Shown here: one piece after another, positions 51,880-59,698 of the stretch | Layout: every line of letters begins with the position of its first letter | How positions within the stretch are numbered: position 1 is the stretch's first letter | Assembly: GCA_044376115.1 (NCBI GenBank) | Contig: JBILLK010000004.1 | Location: 320,001-384,000, forward strand | DNA: 64,000 nt | Origin: Polyangiaceae bacterium | GTDB lineage: Bacteria; Myxococcota_A; Polyangia; Polyangiales; Polyangiaceae | Direction: 5' to 3' | The notes under the pieces: model-generated | Databases searched by the model: none | What the model was told of the DNA's origin: nothing | Seen by the model: the letters and a program-made list of their open reading frames with translations, nothing else | Made by a program: the position numbers and the translations under genes

Positions 51880-52401
51880 ATGCGCTCGACTCAGCCCCGC
51901 TGGTCAACGATTGGCCTCGCCCTCCTGCTCGCAGCCTGCGGTTCCTCCGCAGCAAACGGCGGCGCACAAGCCAACGGCGAGGCGACCGAGAGCACCGAGC
52001 CGGCCTCCAACGCCAAACAGCGGGAGGCCAAGGTCCGCAAGGCGATCGAGTCCTTTCTAAACGCGCCGCAAAAGGGAGCTGACGCACGTGCCATCGTCAA
52101 CTTCGTGGGCGAGAGTCCGGACGTGATGGTGGTGTATCGCGAGTCGTTGCTCTCGGCGGAGGGCTCTACGAAGGACATCGATCAGCTGATGCTCGCCGCC
52201 TTCGCCGCCGGCAACGTGCTTGCCCAGCTCGACGCCGGGCGGAAAGAGGACATGCCGGTCGCTGGGGTGCGAGCCCTGCTCACCGCCTACTCCAAGCTCA
52301 AGGCCCAAGACCCTGCGCTGAAGATCGCCAAGTTCGAGGAGTACGCGACGCATGAGGCCAAGGGCACGCTCGAGGCCCACGTCAAAGAGCTCGCGAAGTA
52401 A
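51880..52401 (+). CDS. Hypothetical lipoprotein
   Basis: ATG 51880, lipobox LAAC, helical domain. Confidence 0.7.
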   Translation: MRSTQPRWSTIGLALLLAACGSSAANGGAQANGEATESTEPASNAKQREAKVRKAIESFLNAPQKGADARAIVNFVGESPDVMVVYRESLLSAEGSTKDIDQLMLAAFAAGNVLAQLDAGRKEDMPVAGVRALLTAYSKLKAQDPALKIAKFEEYATHEAKGTLEAHVKELAK

Positions 52402-52412
52402 GAGGCTCACGG

Positions 52413-53033
52413 TTGAACTCGACCCCTGCCCCTTCGGCCGCCCTGCGCTTCTCCCTTCTTACGCTCACGGCGGCCTTCGCGCTGACCAGCTTCGCGTGCT
52501 TGCTCCTCGCAGTGGATGCAACGATCCGGCGCGTACCGCGGCTCGACCTGCTGCTCGCATTGTCAGACCCACCCGTCGTGGCCTCGACCGGCTTGGCCGC
52601 TTTGTGCGCCTGGCGCGCGAAGGGTGAGCACCGGCGCGCGGCCTTGCCGCTGACGATGGCGGCCGTCGCGTTGGCCCTGGTCGCGGTGGTGGTACTCGGC
52701 GATTTGGTGCTCTCCTATCGCGCCCCGCACTCGGCGTTGGTGCCGATCTGGTCGTCCAAGCCCGCAGGAATCTTGGCTGACGTGGGCACCTTGGTGGGCG
52801 TCGCTGGAGCCGCTTGGGGCGCGAGGCAACTGCTGCTTGTACAAGCGAAAGCGTGGCCTCCGGGCCTCACGCCGCTGCTGGTGATCGGGCTGCTAGCCCA
52901 ACTCGCCTTTACCGTCTCCGGCTTGCTCGGCCGGCCGCCCTGGCCGCTGCGAGTCGGCCAAGCGTTGCTGTTTGCGGCAGGAGCCGTGAGCGCTGGGCTC
53001 GCAGCTGCGGCGCTGCGTCGAACCCCACGCTGA
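52413..53033 (+). CDS. Hypothetical polytopic membrane protein
   Basis: About six hydrophobic segments; 11 nt downstream of the previous gene. Confidence 0.6.
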   Translation: MNSTPAPSAALRFSLLTLTAAFALTSFACLLLAVDATIRRVPRLDLLLALSDPPVVASTGLAALCAWRAKGEHRRAALPLTMAAVALALVAVVVLGDLVLSYRAPHSALVPIWSSKPAGILADVGTLVGVAGAAWGARQLLLVQAKAWPPGLTPLLVIGLLAQLAFTVSGLLGRPPWPLRVGQALLFAAGAVSAGLAAAALRRTPR

Positions 53034-53047
53034 CCCGCGGGTAGCCG

Positions 53048-53082
53048 GCGCAAAGTCTGCGGCGAGAAGGCAGAAGCTGCGT
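53048..53082. promoter_or_regulatory. Tandem putative enhancer-binding-protein sites
   Basis: GCGCA-AAGTC-TGCGG (53048-53062) and AGGCA-GAAGC-TGCGT (53068-53082), centres 20 bp apart. Confidence 0.5.
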
Positions 53083-53144
53083 TCGCGCCCGCGCTGCGCA
53101 GCGAGAATGGCCCAGAGTGCTGCAGATCACCTGCAGGCACGGTT

Positions 53145-53160
53145 CGGCTCAGTTCCTGCT
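53145..53160 (+). promoter_or_regulatory. Putative sigma54 -24/-12 promoter of the ODP operon
   Basis: cGG-ctcagttcct-GCt (GG 53146-53147, GC 53158-53159, 10-nt spacing), about 25 nt before GTG 53185. Confidence 0.5.
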
Positions 53161-53184
53161 TAGCCACTCGCGGGGGTTACGAGG

Positions 53185-54270
53185 GTGGAAAGGCAAAAGC
53201 CTAGCGGCCAGCAGTTTGTCCAGCGTCCGGTCTGTGACGAGGCGTCGATCCTCGACAGCCTCGGCGCAGGCGTTCTTTCGATGCGCGCGGATGGGCTGAT
53301 CCTGCGCGCGAACACGGGCGCAGAGCGCATCCTGCGGAGACCCGCCCGCGAGCTCGAAGGAAAGCTCGTCGATGCGGTGATCGCACCGCTTGCCGGTCTC
53401 GAGTCGGCGGCGCTCGAGCCGGTGACCGGGAGGCATGAGCTCGCGGTGCAACTCGGCGACGGCACGCTCGGCTCGATCGGCTACGGGCTGACGCACTTCA
53501 TCGCGACCGACGGCAGCAAGCGTTTCGTCCTTCAGTTTCAGGATATCGCGCCGGTGCTCGAGCTCTACCGCCAGAAGGATCGGCTGCTGGCGATGGCGGC
53601 GCTCGGGGATGCGCTGCCGTCGGTCCTGCACGAGCTGCGCAACCCGCTGGCCGCCGTTACCGCGCGACTCGAGTTGATGGTGGAAGAATCGAGCGGCGAG
53701 CTGCAAACCGACTTGCATGCGGTGCTCGCCGAAGTGCGCCGCATGGGCCTCGGCCTCGACGGGGTGGGCGGCTTCGTCCGCTCGGCGCGGGCCTCGGGCA
53801 ATACGGCCATCGACTTGGCGGTGGAAGAGGCCTGCCGCGTGCTTACGCCGGTCGCAGAGCGAGCCTCGGTGCGCCTGATCTCACGTGGTTCCTCCTTGCC
53901 GCTCTTGCCGATCGATCGCGGCGTGATCAGCGGATTGGTGTTCAACCTGGTCAAGAACTCGATCGACGCCTGCCGCAGCGGCGGGACGATCGAGGTCACC
54001 GCCTTGCTCGAGGACGGCGGCCAGGTGTTCGCGTTGCGCGTCGAGGACGACGGCTGCGGCATGAGCAAAGCGGTGCTCGCCCGCTGCACCGACCTGTTCT
54101 TCACCAACAAGGACAAAGGCTCGGGCATCGGCTTGGCGCTGTGCAAGCGCGTCGCTGATTCCTCGGGCGGCAGCCTCGAGATCCAGAGTGAGCCCCACAA
54201 GGGCACGGTCGTAACGGTTCGCGTTCCAGTTCCGCGGAAACGCCAAGCACAAGAAGGAAGCTACGCATGA
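53185..54270 (+). CDS. Cytoplasmic PAS-domain sensor histidine kinase
   Basis: PAS (ILDSLGAGVL...G.I..AN..AERIL), H-box LHELRNPL, N-box NLVKNSIDA, DDGCGM, FFTNKDKGSGIGL. Confidence 0.9.
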   Translation: MERQKPSGQQFVQRPVCDEASILDSLGAGVLSMRADGLILRANTGAERILRRPARELEGKLVDAVIAPLAGLESAALEPVTGRHELAVQLGDGTLGSIGYGLTHFIATDGSKRFVLQFQDIAPVLELYRQKDRLLAMAALGDALPSVLHELRNPLAAVTARLELMVEESSGELQTDLHAVLAEVRRMGLGLDGVGGFVRSARASGNTAIDLAVEEACRVLTPVAERASVRLISRGSSLPLLPIDRGVISGLVFNLVKNSIDACRSGGTIEVTALLEDGGQVFALRVEDDGCGMSKAVLARCTDLFFTNKDKGSGIGLALCKRVADSSGGSLEIQSEPHKGTVVTVRVPVPRKRQAQEGSYA

Positions 54271-54632
54271 GTCGAGTCGAGAATCTCAATCGCATCCTCC
54301 GGTCTCTTCAAAGCGCCTCCCCCGACATCGAGGCCAGCGCCTTGATCTCCGACGACGGCCTGATGATCGCTAGCGCGCTACCGCAACACGTCGACGAGAC
54401 GCGCGTCGCCGGTATGAGCGCGACCCTCTCGAGCCTCGGCGCGCGCGCCGCTGCCGAGCTCGAGCGCGGCGAGGTAGAGGAGGTGCTCGTGCGCGGCAAA
54501 AGTGGCTACGCCGTGATGATCGCCTCCGGCTCCGGAACGCTGCTGCTCTGTCTCGCGAGCAAGCAAGCCAAGCTCGGTCTCGTCTTCTTGGATATGCGTC
54601 GCTCGGTCGAAGAAATCCGCAAGGTCCTCTAA
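54267..54632 (+). CDS. Roadblock/LC7 (MglB-like) protein
   Basis: ASALISDDGLMIASALP, RVAGMSA...LG.RAA.EL.RG, V.G..GY, AKLGLVFLDMR. Confidence 0.92.
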   Translation: MSRVENLNRILRSLQSASPDIEASALISDDGLMIASALPQHVDETRVAGMSATLSSLGARAAAELERGEVEEVLVRGKSGYAVMIASGSGTLLLCLASKQAKLGLVFLDMRRSVEEIRKVL

Positions 54633-54654
54633 CCGCTCACCCACGAGAACTTCA

Positions 54655-55410
54655 ATGCCCCCTACCATTCTCTTCGACAACGGAACGCACAAGAATGTCC
54701 TGCTCGAGGACGTCTCCTCGGGGTTGGCCGTGCAGGCCAACCAACACGTGATCGTCGACGGCGCCTCCGGGATGATCCTCGACCCGGGAGGGCACAAGGT
54801 CTACTCGAAGGTGTTGGCCGGCACGATGACCCAGCTTGGCCGCGCCAAGCTCGAGAAGATCTTCCTCTCCCATCAAGATCCCGACATCGTCGCGGCGACC
54901 AACGGCTGGCTGATGACCACCGACGCGATGGCGTACGTGTCCAAACTCTGGATCCGCTTCGTGCCGCACTTTGGCTTGGATCATCTGGTGCAAGATCGAC
55001 TCTTGCCCATCCCCGACCAGGGCATGCGCCTGCCACTCGGCAACGCCGAGATGCTCCTCTTGCAAGCGCATTTCCTCCACTCGTGCGGCAACTTCCATCT
55101 CTATGACCCGGTCTCGAAGATCCTCTACAGCGGGGATCTCGGCGCCTCGATCGGCGGCGAGACGCTCGAGGTCGCAGACTTCGACGCGCACCTTCCCTCG
55201 ATGGAAGGCTTCCACAAGCGCTACATGGCGGGCAGCCGAGCGCTGCGAGCGTGGGTCAAGATGGTGCGCAAGCTGGACGTCCAGATCATCGCTCCGCAAC
55301 ACGGCGCGCTGTTTCGCGGGCCGGCCATGGTCGAGCGCTTCCTCTCCTGGTGTGAGTCGCTGCAATGCGGAATGGACCTATTGGATGATGAACTCCAACT
55401 CCCCGCCTGA
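54655..55410 (+). CDS. Oxygen-binding di-iron protein (ODP; standalone FprA-like metallo-beta-lactamase fold)
   Basis: VQANQ, LDPGG, SHQDPD, AHFLHS.GNF..YDP.SKILYSGDLGA, FHKRYM, IAPQHG; no flavodoxin domain. Confidence 0.85.
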   Translation: MPPTILFDNGTHKNVLLEDVSSGLAVQANQHVIVDGASGMILDPGGHKVYSKVLAGTMTQLGRAKLEKIFLSHQDPDIVAATNGWLMTTDAMAYVSKLWIRFVPHFGLDHLVQDRLLPIPDQGMRLPLGNAEMLLLQAHFLHSCGNFHLYDPVSKILYSGDLGASIGGETLEVADFDAHLPSMEGFHKRYMAGSRALRAWVKMVRKLDVQIIAPQHGALFRGPAMVERFLSWCESLQCGMDLLDDELQLPA

Positions 55411-56440
55411 AGGTCGCTCGGCGGGCAGCCCGCACGTGGTGCTGATCGTCGAGGACGAACCGGTGCTGCGTGCGTCGATGGTGCGCGGACTCTCCAAGTT
55501 GCCTGGCATCGAGGTGCTCGACGCAGGCACGGTCAAGGACGCCAAGGTGCTGATGGCGGCCTACCCTCCGGCGCTGATCGTCTCCGACTTGGATCTACCG
55601 GATGGTTCCGGCGTGGAGATCGCCGCAGAGGTGGACCGCGCCGGTACGCGCGTGCCGGTGGTGTTCGTGACGGCGTACTTGAACCGCTACCGCGCGCGCT
55701 TGCCGGAGCGCGCGGGCATCGAGGTACACGAAAAGCCGATCGCGCTCGACCGGTTGCGACACATGGTGCTGACCAAGCTGGGAGCGATCGAGGCGGACGC
55801 CCAGCCGTTCAGCGTGATCGACTACGTGCAGCTCGCTGGCCTGGGCCGGCGCTCCGTCGTGCTCGACGTCCGCGGTCATGTGGCGGGCACTGGCCGAATC
55901 GTCGTGCGCCAAGGAGAGATTTGGTCGGCCTACGATGAGAAGGGCGAAGGGCTGGACGCCTTTCGCAGGCTGGCCTTCCTACGCAACGCGCACGTCTCCT
56001 GCAAAACCTTGGCGTCCTCCGATGAGAGCGAGCGCAACCTCGAGGGCAACTACGAGAACATCCTGCTCGAGATCGCCCAGCAGTTCGATGAATCGCGCCG
56101 CGATACGGCCTCTTGGCGGCCTTCTTCGCCCGCGGCCCCCGAGTTCGCGTTGCGCCCGCCGACCCACCAGCGCACGCACAGCGGGACCCAACTCCACGCC
56201 GCCGATCCACTCGAGACCGGTTGGGACGACGTGATCCCCGAGCCGCACAAGAGCGCAGTCCAACCTGCGGTGAAGAGCCTCAGCTTCGAGGAGCTTTACG
56301 ACCTGGGCGTCGACGCTCTCTTGGCGAAAAAACACAGCGAAGCCTACCGCCACTTCGAGGCGGCGAGCCGCCTCAAGCCCGAAGATCCGAGCGTCGTAGC
56401 GAACCTGAAGCGACTGCGCGACATGGGGTACGCGGCATGA
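55385..56440 (+). CDS. Response regulator: REC + DUF4388/PATAN-like + C-terminal TPR-like helix pair
   Basis: LIVEDE, VSDLDLPDGSG, VTAY, EKP; FSVIDYVQL...GRIVVRQGEIWSA...G.DAFRRL; FEELYDLGVDALL...AY..F..A..L.P. Start 55385 or 55388. Confidence 0.85.
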   Translation: MMNSNSPPEGRSAGSPHVVLIVEDEPVLRASMVRGLSKLPGIEVLDAGTVKDAKVLMAAYPPALIVSDLDLPDGSGVEIAAEVDRAGTRVPVVFVTAYLNRYRARLPERAGIEVHEKPIALDRLRHMVLTKLGAIEADAQPFSVIDYVQLAGLGRRSVVLDVRGHVAGTGRIVVRQGEIWSAYDEKGEGLDAFRRLAFLRNAHVSCKTLASSDESERNLEGNYENILLEIAQQFDESRRDTASWRPSSPAAPEFALRPPTHQRTHSGTQLHAADPLETGWDDVIPEPHKSAVQPAVKSLSFEELYDLGVDALLAKKHSEAYRHFEAASRLKPEDPSVVANLKRLRDMGYAA

Positions 56441-57117
56441 ACCGCAGCACGCAGTTCGCGACCGTACCCGGCGAAGACGCGCCGATGTTGCTGCCGCTCG
56501 GACTTACGCTGCTGGCGGCCGTGTTCGCCGGCGTAGCGGTGAGCGTTTGGTCGACCGCAGCGCCGGCTGCAAACGAGGAGCGGCCCACCTCCGCGGTCGC
56601 GACGGTGAGCGAGCCGACGGCCGCAACGCCCCTGCGACCTTCGGCGGCAACGAGCGCTGCCCCGGCTCTGAACGCTCTCCCGGCTCAAAGCGCCAGCCCG
56701 CAAGCTTCGCCCACTCCCGTCGCAGCGCAAGCCACGCCCGCGGTGAAACCGCACTGTGAGCCGCTCTTGGTGGACTTCCCGAGCGGGTCGGCCACGCCCT
56801 CGCAGGCCGCGGCTGAGCAGCTACGAAAGCGCGCGGCCTTCGTGATGGCCGAGCCCGACGTAAGCATCGTGATCGATGGCCACTCCGACTCGCTCGGCAG
56901 CGACGAACTGAACCTGCGGCTCTCCAAACGCCGAGCCGAGGCCCTCGCCTGGGTGCTTGAGAACGCCGGCGTTCCGCGCGCCCGCATCACCTCGCGTGGC
57001 TTTGGTGCGTTTTTACCGATTGAAGGCGCCGTTGAAGCGGCCGACATCAATCGCCGCGGAGTGATCCACTTCCGGGGTGGCTGTCCCAACGATCTCGTAC
57101 GGAAGGTTGAACCTTGA
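56437..57117 (+). CDS. Membrane-anchored OmpA/MotB-type peptidoglycan-binding protein
   Basis: N-terminal TM, Ala/Pro linker, F..GSA, IDGHSD..G....NLRLS.RRA, RITSRGFG, NRR; ATGA overlap. Confidence 0.88.
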   Translation: MNRSTQFATVPGEDAPMLLPLGLTLLAAVFAGVAVSVWSTAAPAANEERPTSAVATVSEPTAATPLRPSAATSAAPALNALPAQSASPQASPTPVAAQATPAVKPHCEPLLVDFPSGSATPSQAAAEQLRKRAAFVMAEPDVSIVIDGHSDSLGSDELNLRLSKRRAEALAWVLENAGVPRARITSRGFGAFLPIEGAVEAADINRRGVIHFRGGCPNDLVRKVEP

Positions 57118-58031
57118 TGCTCGTCGCTTCGTTGATTGCAATGGGTTCGGGGCTCTCGGCGGTTGCAGCCGGGTACCTCTTTGGTGCGCGGCGTGGAGTC
57201 GCAGCTCGACACGAACTCCGGCAGCAGTGTCACGGGCTCGAGCGCGAGCTCGAGGAGCTGCGTTCGCTGGCCGCCAGCGCGCCGGAGGCACGCAAAGAAG
57301 CAGAGGCCCTGCGCGGCGAACTCACGGCGCTTGGCCTGCGTTTGGAGGCTCAAGAGCAACATCGCTCGCAGGCGCTGCACGAGGAGCTGCGTTCGCTCAG
57401 CCAGCTCGTGCGCGAACGTGAACTCGACGAGCAAAAGCTCCGTCAGCTTTTGGAGGCACGCTTCGCCGCGTTGCAAGAGCGCTCGGCCAAGCCGGAGGAT
57501 CTGAGCAAAGAGCTGCGCAAGCTGATGGCGCCGGTACTGGAGCGGGAGAGCGAGACCCGCGGCCTGCGCGAGATGGTGCAGAAGGTGATGAGCCCAGTGC
57601 TCGAGCGCGAGCGGATCGGCCGAGATCTGGCGCGCGTCGAGCTCTCCGCCGATCATCTCGAGCTGCCCAAGGTACTGGAGGCGATCGCGCAAAACGGCGG
57701 ATTTTCCGCGGTGGTATTGAGTGATAGCGCCGGTCTCCCGCTCGCGGCCAGCCTCGGGACACAGAACGTCGACGAACTCGCCGGCAGCTCCTCGCTGGTC
57801 TTTACGCTGGCCGAACGCGCTCAACGGGAGGGACAAGCGCCGGTGGTCGCGCTCATCCTTCACCACGCGGACAACCAACTGGTGCTTCACCGCATCTTCG
57901 ATCTGCGCGACTGCAAGCTGATGCTCACCGCTGTAACGCGGGGCCGAGCGCTCGCCCCGGACGCGCTCGATCCAGCCTTGGGCTCAGTGGAGCGCGCCCT
58001 GGCTCAGCGCGGTGGCAGTCGAGCGGCCTGA
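57114..58031 (+). CDS. TM - coiled-coil - Roadblock-like domain protein
   Basis: N-terminal TM (AAGYLFG), about 150 aa of Glu/Arg/Leu heptads, C-terminal GFSAVVLSDSAGLPLAAS...LAG. Confidence 0.72.
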   Translation: MMLVASLIAMGSGLSAVAAGYLFGARRGVAARHELRQQCHGLERELEELRSLAASAPEARKEAEALRGELTALGLRLEAQEQHRSQALHEELRSLSQLVRERELDEQKLRQLLEARFAALQERSAKPEDLSKELRKLMAPVLERESETRGLREMVQKVMSPVLERERIGRDLARVELSADHLELPKVLEAIAQNGGFSAVVLSDSAGLPLAASLGTQNVDELAGSSSLVFTLAERAQREGQAPVVALILHHADNQLVLHRIFDLRDCKLMLTAVTRGRALAPDALDPALGSVERALAQRGGSRAA

Positions 58032-58074
58032 CCCGACTTGACCGTAGTGAACGGGGCACCGAGACTGCTGCCTC

Positions 58075-58947
58075 ATGGGCGATGAAGCCTTCGCCAACTC
58101 GTTGCTACCGCGGCTGCTCGCCCTCGGGGAGGGCCCGTACCTCATCGTCGCGGTGGTGCTGCTCATCGCGCTCGAAGCGCTGGCGTCCCGCATGCTCGGG
58201 CGGGGGATCGATGTCCGCGAAGAGGCAACATCCTACGGCATCGGCTTGGGCTACTTCGTGATCACGGTTCTCGGAACCAAGCTGCTGTTCCTCGGCGCCT
58301 ACGTCTACGTCCATCAGCACTATCGGCTCATGACGTGGTCCGTTGCCTCGCCGCTCTCATGGCTCGTGCTGCTGTTGATTGGAGACTTCGTCTACTACTG
58401 GGTACACCGAATGGAGCACGAGGTCCGGTTCTTCTGGGCGACCCATGAGAATCACCATTCGAGTCGCACCTACACGTTCGGCACCGCCGTTCGCATGCCT
58501 TGGGGAGAGGTGCTCTACCATCCAATCATCGGCTTCTGGGCACCGCTCTTCGGCTTCGACCCGATCATGCTGGCGCCGCTCGGAGCCTTCAATCTCGTGT
58601 GCGGGCTGCTCCAACACACCGAGCTCGTCGGCAAATTGGGGCCGCTCGAGTGGGTGTTCGGGACGCCCTCCCACCATCGCGTTCACCACGGCAGCGACGC
58701 GAAGTACCTGGATTGCAACTACGGCGCGCGCCTCATTATCTGGGACCGCCTTTTCGGCACATTTCGCGAAGAAGACGAAAGACCGCGCTACGGCCTCACG
58801 AAGGACGTCGACTCCTACAACCCGCTCCGCATCTTGTGGCATGGCTACGGCGCGCTTTGGGCTGATGTTTGGAAGGCGAGAAGCCTCCGCGGGGCGATGC
58901 GCGTGCTGCTGAAGCCGCCGTCCTGTTCGCCCCATGAGGAGGATTGA
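58075..58947 (+). CDS. Sterol desaturase / fatty-acid hydroxylase family (alkylglycerol monooxygenase-like)
   Basis: His boxes YYWVHR..H, HENHHSS, HTE, PSHHRVHH; NYG..LIIWDRLFGTF. Confidence 0.9.
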   Translation: MGDEAFANSLLPRLLALGEGPYLIVAVVLLIALEALASRMLGRGIDVREEATSYGIGLGYFVITVLGTKLLFLGAYVYVHQHYRLMTWSVASPLSWLVLLLIGDFVYYWVHRMEHEVRFFWATHENHHSSRTYTFGTAVRMPWGEVLYHPIIGFWAPLFGFDPIMLAPLGAFNLVCGLLQHTELVGKLGPLEWVFGTPSHHRVHHGSDAKYLDCNYGARLIIWDRLFGTFREEDERPRYGLTKDVDSYNPLRILWHGYGALWADVWKARSLRGAMRVLLKPPSCSPHEED

Positions 58948-59063
58948 GCGCCCTCAGCGGTAGTTGCTTAGAATCTCGTCGTTCAACTGCTGCGTCTTGC
59001 GCAACCGCAACACGCGACGCGCGGTCATCTCGGCGGGGACCTCACCACCTTCCGTCGCGATTC

Positions 59064-59498
59064 TCAGCGCCCGTACACCGCCACGCGGGCGCGCCCGCCG
59101 CCGGGGAGGTTGCCATAGCGGAAGTCGATGCGCTGAATGTTGCGCGCTCCACCCGGGAGGTCGATCACCCGGCTGCGGCTGTTTTGGTCGAAAACTTGGC
59201 GGGTGGGCGGCGAGAAGGTGCTGCCATCGCCGAAGGTCACCACCACGTTGTCCATCGCCAAGGAGCTGCCCTCCACCACGATCACGATCTGCCGAAAGCG
59301 ACCTTGGTTGGCCGCACCGATCACGTCGCGATCCGAACGGCCATCCACCCAGCGTTCGCCCAAGAGCTCGCCTTCTTGGCGAGCGCCCTGACCTGCGCCC
59401 TGCCCACCACCGCGGCCTCCACCACCAGCTCGGACAGTGCATCCGGGAACAACGGCGAAGAGAACAGCGCACAGCACAGCAGTATTGATTCGGTTCAT
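59064..59498 (-). CDS. Small exported lipoprotein (DUF2541/YaaI-like beta-sandwich)
   Basis: ATG 59498 with AAGGAG RBS; PGC lipobox; LLGERWV....DRDVI, VVVTFGDG, SRVIDLPG..R.I.RIDF.Y. Confidence 0.7.
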   Translation of the reverse strand: MNRINTAVLCAVLFAVVPGCTVRAGGGGRGGGQGAGQGARQEGELLGERWVDGRSDRDVIGAANQGRFRQIVIVVEGSSLAMDNVVVTFGDGSTFSPPTRQVFDQNSRSRVIDLPGGARNIQRIDFRYGNLPGGGRARVAVYGR

Positions 59499-59521
59499 AT
59501 CGGCTCCTTGCGGCGAGCTCA

Positions 59522-59537
59522 AGCGAGCGCCGTGCCA
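59522..59537 (-). promoter_or_regulatory. Sigma54 -24/-12 promoter of the 59064..59498 gene
   Basis: Minus strand TGGCAC-GGCGC-TCGCT (GG-N10-GC), just upstream of the RBS. Confidence 0.6.
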
Positions 59538-59698
59538 AGCGCCGTGGGTCCGCCCAGAGCGAGCTTTCTGCGCCGATTGTGGCTTTCTTAGCGCTAAACC
59601 GCGCACGACATTGCTCGCCCTCAGGCCGCGCACCGCCCGCAGCTGCGGAGCAGCGATGCGGAGCAGACGCCGCAGGCCGCTTCACCTAGCCTGGCCTG

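Noticed and set aside
58954..59063. Protein-like minus-strand tail (…RRVLRLRKTQQLNDEILSNYR) in the intergenic gap
   Set aside because: No recognisable family or RBS; cannot be distinguished from chance without a search.
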